This document shows, piece by piece, positions 54,942-62,951 of a DNA stretch of 64,000 nucleotides. Where the stretch lies: the NCBI GenBank assembly GCA_017552385.1, contig JAFZQB010000008.1, positions 1,663 through 65,662 on the forward strand. Reading direction: 5' to 3'. This DNA comes from Candidatus Saccharimonadota bacterium. Lineage in GTDB: Bacteria > Patescibacteriota > Saccharimonadia > Saccharimonadales > Saccharimonadaceae. Positions within the stretch are counted from its first letter, which is position 1. Each line of letters opens with the position of its first letter. The position numbers and the translations under genes are program-made. The notes beneath the pieces were generated by a model, which ran no database searches, was not told where the DNA came from, and saw only the letters and a program-made list of their open reading frames with translations.

Positions 54942-55773
54942 TTGGTTGTCCTTTCTTCACGTATGTAGTCGCGAGTTGTGTAAAATCGACGAGCGGTTCG
55001 CGGACTGCCGTGTCGGGGTTGTTGAAATCATAGTATAATTCGGCGAGCTGTTTAGTGTTGAGACGGACGGAGCGGATGCCGATTTGTAGTAGGCCGGAGG
55101 TGATGGTGTCAACGCGATTGTTGATTTCAGTCGCAGCTTTGTCGTAAGTGTTGCGATCAATTTGAGCAACAGGCTGAATCTTATTTTTCTGGAAAACGGA
55201 AATAAGGTTTTTGGTTTCATTGAGCTGCTTTTCGTATTCGCTTGATGAATAATATGGAACGATGATGAAGAATGATTTGTCCATGATGTTAGCTTCTTGA
55301 GAAAGAACATCAATAAAGTTGATGTAATCGTCCATGAGAATGCCTAGAAGCATATTATCGTTGTTACGGCGAATATCTGCGAGACGATTAATGTATGGGC
55401 CGATGTCGACACGCTGAGAGCGGATAAGGATCTGAGTCGTAAAGTTGAGAGAGTTTAAGAAGTTCTGGAAGGAATACTCGACGCCTTCACGTTCGGTGTC
55501 AGACATGAGATCGAAGTTGATGGATTGGCAGGCGATGACGGCTCGGAAAGAAGCATCTTTCATAATGACCATGCCATCGCGGAGCTCAGAAATAAGGAGA
55601 GTGGCCTGAGTGGACTGTGGGTTGTCTTGAGTGACTTGTTGGGGGGCTTGCTGCTGCTGTTGAGGTTGTGGTGCCATAACCTTGCCGTTAACAATAGGAG
55701 CATCTGGTAAGGGCTGACCTGGAAAGACGCCATTTGCGGCGGATACGTTTGGTTGAGGTTGGTTTGGATTCAT
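54934..55773 (-). CDS. T4SS operon protein with a Q/P-rich N-terminus; the body resembles a VirB4 N-terminal (non-ATPase) domain
   Basis: 279 aa with no P-loop. RDGMVIMKDASFRAVIACQSINFDLMSDTEREGVEYSFQNFLNSL pattern. 8-nt overlap with virB4. Confidence 0.45.
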   Translation of the reverse strand: MNPNQPQPNVSAANGVFPGQPLPDAPIVNGKVMAPQPQQQQQAPQQVTQDNPQSTQATLLISELRDGMVIMKDASFRAVIACQSINFDLMSDTEREGVEYSFQNFLNSLNFTTQILIRSQRVDIGPYINRLADIRRNNDNMLLGILMDDYINFIDVLSQEANIMDKSFFIIVPYYSSSEYEKQLNETKNLISVFQKNKIQPVAQIDRNTYDKAATEINNRVDTITSGLLQIGIRSVRLNTKQLAELYYDFNNPDTAVREPLVDFTQLATTYVKKGQPNA

Positions 55774-55784
55774 ATCTTCTCTCC

Positions 55785-56714
55785 TTAATGATGATGTAAA
55801 CTAATATATACTTCGTCTCGATCAGCATTGCGATTACGACTTTTACTCGCGCGGTTTGCTTCTTTGGCGATAGTAGCAATGGTGAATTGTTTGTTTTTCG
55901 ACAGCTCGACGAGGCGCTCATGGTTGGCGGAAATAGTAGCAAGGGGATTAGAGGGGAGCTGTTCTTCGGGTATTTGGGTCGCATCGGTGGCTTTGGCAGA
56001 AGAGACGGCTGGAGCAACTGGGGCTGGAGGAGTAATAGGTGTGGTTTGGGTGAGATTAGCGGCGTTAAACTGAGGCATTGGTGGCTCTTCGGGAGCAGCG
56101 GGCTGTATGGGATTATTAGCAGCGATGGCGGCGCGCATTTGTTGAATAATTTCAGCGCGACGTAAGTCTGCTTCAGAGGAAAGATCGGTAGAAAGTTGTT
56201 CGGAGTGGTAGTTTTCGAAAATGTCGGGCGTCGATTCGGCTTCGGCGATAAATTCATCACGGATTACAGAATCAGTAGAAGAAGCCAAACCTTCTTTAAT
56301 TGAAAGACCTTCGCTATCCACGACGTTTGCAAGGAAGGAAAGACGACGCCCGGCTTCTTCTTCAGTAATGTCTTTGGTGAGTGATTTCTCGACCGTCTTT
56401 GGAACGGTGATCCTAATAGTGGATTCTCGTTGACCTGGGCGCCAGCAACGTTTGTTCGGCTTAAGATGGAAACTGATAATAGCAGCAACGTAGGTTTCCA
56501 TAGGCTGGTCTTTGCGAAGAGGAAGTGCAAGAATGAGCAAGAAAATAGCCGGAATGACGGGTATGATTGCAAAGAATGGAAAAATTTGGCCGACTACCCA
56601 AGCTAGGGCAATGAGGGCGGCGACGATGAGCAGGTAGATAAACTGACGGAAGTTAAAAGGGCCTAGAAGTTTATCGTCCGCTTCGACATCCTGAGGGACC
56701 TTATATTGCGCCAT
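55785..56714 (-). CDS. PrgI family (VirB3-like) T4SS membrane protein with a long A/P-rich C-terminal extension
   Basis: 309 aa. MAQYKVPQDVEADDKLLGPFNFRQFIYLLIVAAL... is the PrgI-type start, followed by two TM segments. Confidence 0.7.
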   Translation of the reverse strand: MAQYKVPQDVEADDKLLGPFNFRQFIYLLIVAALIALAWVVGQIFPFFAIIPVIPAIFLLILALPLRKDQPMETYVAAIISFHLKPNKRCWRPGQRESTIRITVPKTVEKSLTKDITEEEAGRRLSFLANVVDSEGLSIKEGLASSTDSVIRDEFIAEAESTPDIFENYHSEQLSTDLSSEADLRRAEIIQQMRAAIAANNPIQPAAPEEPPMPQFNAANLTQTTPITPPAPVAPAVSSAKATDATQIPEEQLPSNPLATISANHERLVELSKNKQFTIATIAKEANRASKSRNRNADRDEVYISLHHH

Positions 56715-56743
56715 AGTACAATTTTACCATAAACGTAACTGAA

Positions 56744-59700
56744 TTAGAAGTTGGAATCGTCGTCAATGCAACGAAGGATAAAGTCGAGGAGAGAATCGTT
56801 AAGTTCACTGTTGTTACGTTCGTGATGGTCACGGACTTGGTCAACGATGTGTTTGAGGCCATAGGAAGAAAGGATGCCGATACTGTCTTCGTAGAAATGT
56901 TCACCGTCTGGGTCTGCATTGAAAGCATCTCTGATGGACTCCTTGAGCATACCGCGTTGTTCTGGGGTTAGGATAGGTGCGACGCCAGAATCAACACCGG
57001 ATTCAGAACCTGGTTCTGGTGTAGTTTCCTCTTCTTCTGAATGCTCTTTTTTGCGCTCACGATCTTCGCGGTGTTTACGACGGCGTTCGTAAATTTTATC
57101 GCGGTAATCGTCAACAAAGTCTTCGGAGTCGAGGCCAAGGAAGTCACGGACAGAGGCCTTGGTGCCGGCAGCGACGCCAGAGCGACGGCTGGTCATGACT
57201 TGGTCTAAGGTCTTGGTACCATAGAGGAGGTTCATAAAGGCTACCTTAGCAAACTTCTTGCGTAGGGCTTTCTTGCGTTTAGCAAGGTCTTTGTTATCTC
57301 TTTCTTTACGTTCTTTTTCGGCATCAGAATCGGTATCGCGAATTTCTTCTGGATCTTGGCTGTACCAGTCAGGAAGTGTTCGATCGGGTTGATCTTCTGG
57401 GCCTAGGGTAGAAAGAATATCAGGAGCAATTTCGGCGATAGGATCTGGGTTATGGGCTGGATCTTCTGCGTGCTTCTTGAGCTTCTCGGCATAGTCTAGG
57501 CCAAGGGCTTCTATGATTGGATAGAATACATCGGTGCGTAGGCCAAGAATTTGAGATGGAGTTTGCCATTTGAGATAATTCTTGACACGCTCAGCGAAGA
57601 ACTGTTGGTCGACGCCGAAGAATGGATCTTTTGGATCAGTCCAACGAGGTATCCATTCGCCATCTTTGCCGCGCTTGAGACCGGTGAGGTCGGCAGCGCC
57701 ATTGACGATTTGCTCTGAACCAGATGCATATTTGAGCATGGCTGAGATATAAGCTGGCGCCATAGCCATTTCGACTTCACCCATTTTCTTCTTAAAGGCT
57801 TTAAGGGCTTCCGGGTCAGGGTGTTCAGTGCCCGGTTCAATATAGGCGTTGCGAATACGGGCAGCCATATTATCAAAGTAAGTACGTTCGATTTTATCAA
57901 GAGGAGTACCTTCAACAAGTTGAGCAAGAGATAGTTTGGATCTACCTGCGCCTTCTACGAGCCGGCCATGTTCATCGTACTCATCATATCTACCGGTAAT
58001 ATATTCGTTAAGGCTGAGTGTAGTGTTTTGACGTTTTGGTCTGGATTGGCCTTCGTTAAATACACGTGCTGTTTCAAGATTGATATATTTACCAAAGCGG
58101 CGAAGGAATGGGTCGGAGTCCTTAGTGGTAAACATACAGAAGTTGGAGAGCGACTGAGAGGCATGAGTACCGAGTTTAATCTGCTTAGAATCAAGCATAC
58201 GTTCGACGACGTCGGTTACGAGGTCGGTATCGCCGCGTAGGTTGAGGGCGGTAAGACCAGTAATGATTGGATCGATGTCCTTTGCTATATGATCGGTACC
58301 AGTGAGTTGGAAGAGGCGGTCGTAGAGCTCTTGAGTGGCTGGAATAGCGGAGAAGTATGAGTAGAACTTCTTGCCGAGAACTTTGGTCTGGCTTTCGAAG
58401 TCGGCAGCTGCGTTGGCGCCAACAAGATGAGTACCCGCGACATCGCCTTCAAGAGCGGAGGCAATTTGGTGATAACGATCGAGGTCACCATAATTGACAG
58501 AACGGGCTAACTGTTCGGCGCGTCTGGTAGCGTTGAAAGTGGCATTGCTATGAGCATTAAGGGCGGCATCGATGCGATCCTGACGAGATTGAGCATTGTC
58601 GAAGCGGATCTTCTCGCCACGAGTGGTTTCATAATATAGAGCATCGGCAGCGTTGACGTTGCCCATATCGATTGCTTTGAGACGAGCTCGCTCTCTGTCG
58701 TTCGTTGCGTAGTTGGAAAGGCCTTTTTGGGCATCATTATCGTTCTTAAGAATGCGGCGCTGGTATTCTGAGTTTTGCGCAATGAGAGAGGTGAGCTCGC
58801 GACCACGCTTACTGATTCTGCCATCGCGATTGCGAAGCTCTGAAGCGTAGGCGGCGCCACGAAGTTTGGCGACCTCGAGATATTTCTGAGTGTCGGATGC
58901 AGTGCGAACCTTGCGGTCTTGGTGAGTTTGACCGAACTGACGGGCGTATTGCCAAGTGTGAGGCTTGCCGCCAAGGTATTTGGCGCGTCGTAAAGCGACT
59001 TCGTCGGCGGACCAATTGCGAAGCGCGCCAACAGGATGGCTGCTGAATTTGGTGAGCATGGAATTGATTTGGCCTGGAAGCGTGCCGGACATTTTAAGTA
59101 GTGGCCAGCAAGCAATGAGAGGAATTACTTTAACTGCGATACCCATAATGAGAACAAGCACATCTTCAGCAGCAGCAATAATAGTCCAGCCTACAAGAGA
59201 ACAAGCGCCGAACAAGACGGCAAACATTGGGTAGAAGAAGAGCATTTGAGAAAGAGACTTCTTCCACGTCGTAAACCATTTTTCGGTGTTTGGCAGGAGG
59301 TTGCAGACGAAAGCCAGAGGGCTGACCATGATGAGCAGATATACAAACGCTTGTCGGGCTGCAATGGTGACATAAGCGATGGCAACGGCGAAGACGGCAG
59401 TGAGGAGGACTGGTAGAAGGGAGAAAAAGATGGCGCCGAGACCACCGGATGCACCGACGGCAAGGCCGGCAATAAGCCCGCCTCCGATAAGTCCGGAGAC
59501 TATATTGGAGAAGTCAATCTTAGTTCCTTCGGCCGCGCTCGCGATAATTCCAGTAGCGGTGACACTTTGCTCGACGTTAGAGAAGAGTCCTTTTAAGGAG
59601 GCGCCAAGAATGTTCGAGACATCAACTAGAGCCGCACAAATGATATAGCTCAAATTGATAAGAATAGCCGAGACGATAATTTTAGGAAGGAGTTTTTTGA

Positions 59701-60172
59701 TGCCGTAATTAGAAATACCGAAACCAGAGACTTGAGAAAAGATAATAATGAGGAAGAAGATGGCAAATATCACGTTGGTGATATCTCGGAAGATGGACCA
59801 GATTTGGTGGTATGGAGAGTCGGAGTCGGTAGTGAGAGGGTTGATGACGAGCATTTGTTGGATGATCTCGTATAGACCATCTGTAACGCGTGCTAGAAAG
59901 CCTGTCGTAGGACAGACAAGCCAGCCAAGCGAACCAGATTCATCGTAGCAAGTATTAGAGTTTTCCTCGGTAGAGGTTTGATTGTTCTGAGTCTGAGGAT
60001 TGGAATTGCCTTGACTTTGGTCTGTGGAAGTGGTTTCGCTTGTTGTTTGGTCCTGAGTGTTAACTGGGTCGGCAAAAACAGGGGTAGAAATGACACCAAA
60101 TGTTAGAAAGACGCTCAAAACGATAGCGCCCAAAGAGAGGAAAAACCTATTGATTATATTTCTAACACTCAT
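56744..60172 (-). CDS. VirB6/TrbL-like polytopic T4SS channel protein with a roughly 700-aa C-terminal soluble extension
   Basis: 1142 aa. Signal peptide, S/T/Q/N-rich spacer, Cys pair (CYDESGSLGWLVCP), about 7 TM helices, then a large domain ending in K/R/E-rich stretches. Confidence 0.7.
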   Translation of the reverse strand: MSVRNIINRFFLSLGAIVLSVFLTFGVISTPVFADPVNTQDQTTSETTSTDQSQGNSNPQTQNNQTSTEENSNTCYDESGSLGWLVCPTTGFLARVTDGLYEIIQQMLVINPLTTDSDSPYHQIWSIFRDITNVIFAIFFLIIIFSQVSGFGISNYGIKKLLPKIIVSAILINLSYIICAALVDVSNILGASLKGLFSNVEQSVTATGIIASAAEGTKIDFSNIVSGLIGGGLIAGLAVGASGGLGAIFFSLLPVLLTAVFAVAIAYVTIAARQAFVYLLIMVSPLAFVCNLLPNTEKWFTTWKKSLSQMLFFYPMFAVLFGACSLVGWTIIAAAEDVLVLIMGIAVKVIPLIACWPLLKMSGTLPGQINSMLTKFSSHPVGALRNWSADEVALRRAKYLGGKPHTWQYARQFGQTHQDRKVRTASDTQKYLEVAKLRGAAYASELRNRDGRISKRGRELTSLIAQNSEYQRRILKNDNDAQKGLSNYATNDRERARLKAIDMGNVNAADALYYETTRGEKIRFDNAQSRQDRIDAALNAHSNATFNATRRAEQLARSVNYGDLDRYHQIASALEGDVAGTHLVGANAAADFESQTKVLGKKFYSYFSAIPATQELYDRLFQLTGTDHIAKDIDPIITGLTALNLRGDTDLVTDVVERMLDSKQIKLGTHASQSLSNFCMFTTKDSDPFLRRFGKYINLETARVFNEGQSRPKRQNTTLSLNEYITGRYDEYDEHGRLVEGAGRSKLSLAQLVEGTPLDKIERTYFDNMAARIRNAYIEPGTEHPDPEALKAFKKKMGEVEMAMAPAYISAMLKYASGSEQIVNGAADLTGLKRGKDGEWIPRWTDPKDPFFGVDQQFFAERVKNYLKWQTPSQILGLRTDVFYPIIEALGLDYAEKLKKHAEDPAHNPDPIAEIAPDILSTLGPEDQPDRTLPDWYSQDPEEIRDTDSDAEKERKERDNKDLAKRKKALRKKFAKVAFMNLLYGTKTLDQVMTSRRSGVAAGTKASVRDFLGLDSEDFVDDYRDKIYERRRKHREDRERKKEHSEEEETTPEPGSESGVDSGVAPILTPEQRGMLKESIRDAFNADPDGEHFYEDSIGILSSYGLKHIVDQVRDHHERNNSELNDSLLDFILRCIDDDSNF

Positions 60173-60266
60173 ATGATGTTTTTATCTTGTAGATTATAGC
60201 ATTTTTAAGATGAAAAGTCAATAAGAATATCCGAGATAAGCCTTTTTTGTTTCGTGGTGATAAATA

Positions 60267-60275
60267 TGATACAAT
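60267..60275 (+). promoter_or_regulatory. Extended -10 promoter (TGATACAAT) 6 nt upstream of the pilin-1 ATG; leaderless-type
   Basis: TGATACAAT-gaggtt-ATG. The same element is duplicated at 60783-60791. Confidence 0.6.
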
Positions 60276-60281
60276 GAGGTT

Positions 60282-60746
60282 ATGAAAAAGAGATTATTGA
60301 CTATTGTTGCGGGGATAATGATGATAATGTGCGCACTGATGCCGATGAGCGTGAGTGCGGACGAGGGTGGAGGTGGTGGCAGTAGTGGTAGCAGCTGTGG
60401 AAGCGTAACGTTTTTTGGGCTTGATCCATGGTACTCAGCATTAACTTGCAATGCTAGTGGCGAAATAGATCAGAGCAATTTTCAAGGTTCTACTCTTACT
60501 ACTAGTACTATACCTAAGATAATAGGCGTGGTAGTGAAAGACGCATTGTTCTTGGCGGGCTTTGTAGCGGTGGGTTTTGTGATGTATGGCGGGTTCTTAA
60601 TGGTGACTAGCTCAGGGAATCCGACAGCTGTAGTAAAAGCGAAGAAGACGATTTCGAATGCGTTAATAGGGTTGGTTATCTCGATATTGGCTACTGCTAT
60701 AGCAACTGCTGTAATGAATGTAGTCACTAAGGGCTCGATATCTTAG
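60282..60746 (+). CDS. T4SS pilin-like protein (VirB2/TrbC-like, T4SS_pilin family), paralog 1
   Basis: 154 aa. Signal peptide ...MPMSVSA|DEGGGG, variable region with 2 Cys, and conserved hairpin GFVMYGGFLMVTSSGNPTAVVKAKKTISNALIGLVISILA. Confidence 0.8.
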   Translation: MKKRLLTIVAGIMMIMCALMPMSVSADEGGGGGSSGSSCGSVTFFGLDPWYSALTCNASGEIDQSNFQGSTLTTSTIPKIIGVVVKDALFLAGFVAVGFVMYGGFLMVTSSGNPTAVVKAKKTISNALIGLVISILATAIATAVMNVVTKGSIS

Positions 60747-60782
60747 AGCCGCTTTGATGAATTCGTATGGGCGTGGATAATG

Positions 60783-60791
60783 TGATACAAT
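60783..60791 (+). promoter_or_regulatory. Extended -10 promoter (TGATACAAT) 6 nt upstream of the pilin-2 ATG; leaderless-type
   Basis: TGATACAAT-aaggcc-ATG. Confidence 0.6.
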
Positions 60792-60797
60792 AAGGCC

Positions 60798-61241
60798 ATG
60801 AAAAGGATATTTTTAACTATTGCTGCGGGGATAATGATGATAGCTGTTGCGTTAGCGCCGATGAGCGTGAGCGCGGACGATGGTGATGCGAAAATCGAGA
60901 CTACTAGTATTGGATCAAAAGAGGATGTAAAGGGCAAGCTTCCCCATGAGGAAGGCACGATAGCGGATGAAGGTGGTCTCAAAAATGTCGTGAATGTGTT
61001 TCTATATATTGGCGGGCTTGTGGCAGTGATAATGGGAATTGTGGCCGGTGTGCAAATGACAACGAGCGCAGGCGACCCGGCGACAGTAGCAAAAGCGAAG
61101 AAGACTTTGTCGTGGTCTATTATTGGTCTATTAGTAATGATATTGGCATATGCAATCGTGAATTTTGTAATCGGTAGGGTTACGGGTTCGTCAGATGGTG
61201 GTGGCTTCGGTTGTGAATATATAGTGCGGATTTTGGGTTAA
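60798..61241 (+). CDS. T4SS pilin-like protein, paralog 2
   Basis: 147 aa. Signal peptide nearly identical to paralog 1 (MKRIFLTIAAGIMMIAVALAPMSVSA|DDG). Hairpin VIMGIVAGVQMTTSAGDPATVAKAKKTLSWSIIGLLVMILAYAIVNFVIG plus a G-rich tail. Confidence 0.8.
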   Translation: MKRIFLTIAAGIMMIAVALAPMSVSADDGDAKIETTSIGSKEDVKGKLPHEEGTIADEGGLKNVVNVFLYIGGLVAVIMGIVAGVQMTTSAGDPATVAKAKKTLSWSIIGLLVMILAYAIVNFVIGRVTGSSDGGGFGCEYIVRILG

Positions 61242-61326
61242 TTGGTTTCTCTAGATGAGTGGCGGCTTTTGACATGCCGTCTATGGCTTGGTATGATAAA
61301 ATGAGAAAAGAAGAAAGGATATTTTG

Positions 61327-61752
61327 ATGGGCATATCGAATAAAATAAAAATCACGATAATAGTATTAACGTTTGCGATTACTGGGGTTATCGGCACGCC
61401 TGCAAATACATTTGCGAGTACTTGTAGTTGTAGAAAGAACGATGATGGAGGTATTGTATTTGACGGAGCATGTTCAGAGACCGAGAAAGGTATGATGGTT
61501 GCGAATGGGTGTGCCGAAGCCGAGCCGCTCGAGAATACGGTTGTTAGGGTTGTCAATGCTGCGCTCTATGTAGCAGGTATTTTGGCGGTAGTAATGGTAA
61601 TTATCGGTGGCGTGCGATATACAACTTCTGGCGGTAATGTAAATATAGTGACGAAGGCTAAGAATACGATTCTTTATGGCATTATTGGTCTTGTGATTGC
61701 TATCCTCGCATATGCAATTGTGAACTTCGTAATTGCTAGAGTTACGGTATAA
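61327..61752 (+). CDS. T4SS pilin-like protein, paralog 3 (4-Cys variable region)
   Basis: 141 aa from ATG 61327 (AAAGGA SD; the track starts at TTG 61324). VVMVIIGGVRYTTSGGNVNIVTKAKNTILYGIIGLVIAILAYAIVNFVIA. Confidence 0.8.
   Translation: MGISNKIKITIIVLTFAITGVIGTPANTFASTCSCRKNDDGGIVFDGACSETEKGMMVANGCAEAEPLENTVVRVVNAALYVAGILAVVMVIIGGVRYTTSGGNVNIVTKAKNTILYGIIGLVIAILAYAIVNFVIARVTV
61654..61735 (+). repeat. 82-bp tract identical to 62142-62223 (3' ends of pilin paralogs 3 and 4)
   Basis: Base-by-base comparison of AAGGCTAAGAATACGATTCTTTATGGCATTATTGGTCTTGTGATTGCTATCCTCGCATATGCAATTGTGAACTTCGTAATTG in both genes. Confidence 0.9.
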
Positions 61753-61853
61753 CGTAATCTTGAGTAGCCATTGGGGGTATTTGGAAATCTTGGTACTTTA
61801 CAATAATAAAGTTTCTGTTTATAATAAGCTTAAGTTAAAAGAAAGGATAAACA

Positions 61854-62240
61854 ATGAAGTTATCTTCAAAAATAAAGACTGCAGTGATGGCTTTGACGCT
61901 AGCTGTAGTAGGCGCGGGCGCAGTTTTGGCTCCAAGCAACTATGCGGCAGCAGCTTCATGGCAGGACGGTATGGATGCGGCTATGGGCGATGATGTGCCT
62001 ACTGATTTGGATGGCACGTCTGGTGTAGTCACACAGATCATCAACGGGGCCCTCTATGTGATTGGTGTTTTGGCCGTCGTAATGGTTATCATCGGTGGCG
62101 TACAATATACTACTTCTGGTGGCGATCAAGCAGCTGTGACCAAGGCTAAGAATACGATTCTTTATGGCATTATTGGTCTTGTGATTGCTATCCTCGCATA
62201 TGCAATTGTGAACTTCGTAATTGGTAAAGTCACAGGTTAG
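61854..62240 (+). CDS. T4SS pilin-like protein, paralog 4
   Basis: 128 aa. AAAGGA SD and signal peptide. VVMVIIGGVQYTTSGGDQAAVTKAKNTILYGIIGLVIAILAYAIVNFVIG. Confidence 0.8.
   Translation: MKLSSKIKTAVMALTLAVVGAGAVLAPSNYAAAASWQDGMDAAMGDDVPTDLDGTSGVVTQIINGALYVIGVLAVVMVIIGGVQYTTSGGDQAAVTKAKNTILYGIIGLVIAILAYAIVNFVIGKVTG
62142..62223 (+). repeat. Second copy of the 82-bp identical tract
   Basis: Same as 61654-61735. The flanking sequence diverges immediately on both sides. Confidence 0.9.
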
Positions 62241-62254
62241 TTCAGCGTAAGTTT

Positions 62255-62286
62255 AATTCCCTCAGCTTGCTGAGGGAATTTTTATT
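62255..62286 (+). terminator. Intrinsic terminator of the pilin array
   Basis: AATTCCCTCAG-cttg-CTGAGGGAATT followed by TTTATT. Confidence 0.8.
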
Positions 62287-62291
62287 ATGCG

Positions 62292-62324
62292 AAAAAATAA
62301 CTTGGGATTCTCCCAAGTTATTTT
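62292..62324 (-). terminator. Intrinsic terminator of the hsp20 gene
   Basis: AAAATAACTTGGGA-ttc-TCCCAAGTTATTTT. The minus-strand transcript ends in a U-run. Confidence 0.75.
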
Positions 62325-62341
62325 GAATTTTAGATTAAGAT

Positions 62342-62878
62342 TTATTGTACTGGAATGACCTTCGGTTCTTCAACTTTTTCTTTTTCGAAGGTGATTGTCA
62401 GGACACCATCACGAAGTTCGGCTTTAACAGAGTTCTCGTCTTCGCGGACGGCAACAGGAAGAGCGATAGTGCGAGAGAATTCGCCCCAATAGCACTCTTG
62501 AATGTGCCAACGAGTGGTTTGATCATCTTCTCCACCGGATAGCACACCGGAAATCGTCAAGATTGAGTCGTGAATCGAAACGTTCAAGTCAGATTTCTTG
62601 ATACCGGCAGTACGAGCCTTAATTACTAGTTTGTCGGCGGTTTCATAGACATCTACTGCAAGTTGTCCAGGAAAATCATCGCCGGTTTCCCACCCATCAT
62701 CCCCCTCTTCTGATGGTTCGATTTCTTCTTCTTCCTCGGCCGCGGCGAGCGATGCATCTTCCGCAGGAGCGGCATTAGCGGGCTCGTCAGGTTCGAGCAT
62801 AGTGGTAGCGTCGTCTTCAAGGAAGGCGGCTGCTAATTCATCTTCCATCAGCATGTCATCGTTGTTTTTACGAGCCAT
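62342..62878 (-). CDS. Hsp20/alpha-crystallin family small heat-shock protein with an acidic N-terminal extension
   Basis: 178 aa. Alpha-crystallin domain LAVDVYETADKLVIKARTAGIKKSDLNVSI...AELRDGVLTITFEK. GGAGGA SD. Confidence 0.88.
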   Translation of the reverse strand: MARKNNDDMLMEDELAAAFLEDDATTMLEPDEPANAAPAEDASLAAAEEEEEIEPSEEGDDGWETGDDFPGQLAVDVYETADKLVIKARTAGIKKSDLNVSIHDSILTISGVLSGGEDDQTTRWHIQECYWGEFSRTIALPVAVREDENSVKAELRDGVLTITFEKEKVEEPKVIPVQ

Positions 62879-62951
62879 ACTCGGTTTTCCTCCACTTTAT
62901 ATAGTATATGCTTAATTATAAAGACATGGTTTGATAAAATCAAGAGAGAAT

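Noticed and set aside
55600-55680. CAG/CAA-rich stretch considered as a DNA tandem repeat
   Set aside because: It is only a short imperfect run encoding the QPQQQQQAPQQ head of the 279-aa protein. It is not a structured nucleotide repeat.
55688-56260. 190-aa Pro/Leu/Ser-rich minus-strand ORF
   Set aside because: It is an alternative frame across the junction of the PrgI-like and 279-aa genes. Its low-complexity composition mirrors the A/P/Q-rich real frames. It cannot coexist with the tightly packed operon.
58507-59115. 202-aa same-strand alternative-frame ORF inside the VirB6-like gene, plus several smaller ones at 57511-59472
   Set aside because: They are embedded in a 1142-aa uninterrupted ORF with a coherent TM architecture. 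There is no independent start signal.
49352-62240. T4SS cluster as an integrative conjugative element or plasmid remnant
   Set aside because: No integrase, relaxase, coupling protein, replication gene, flanking direct repeats or adjacent tRNA insertion site was found. The flanks are core genes. It is treated as a chromosomal system, although the region beyond the window is unseen.
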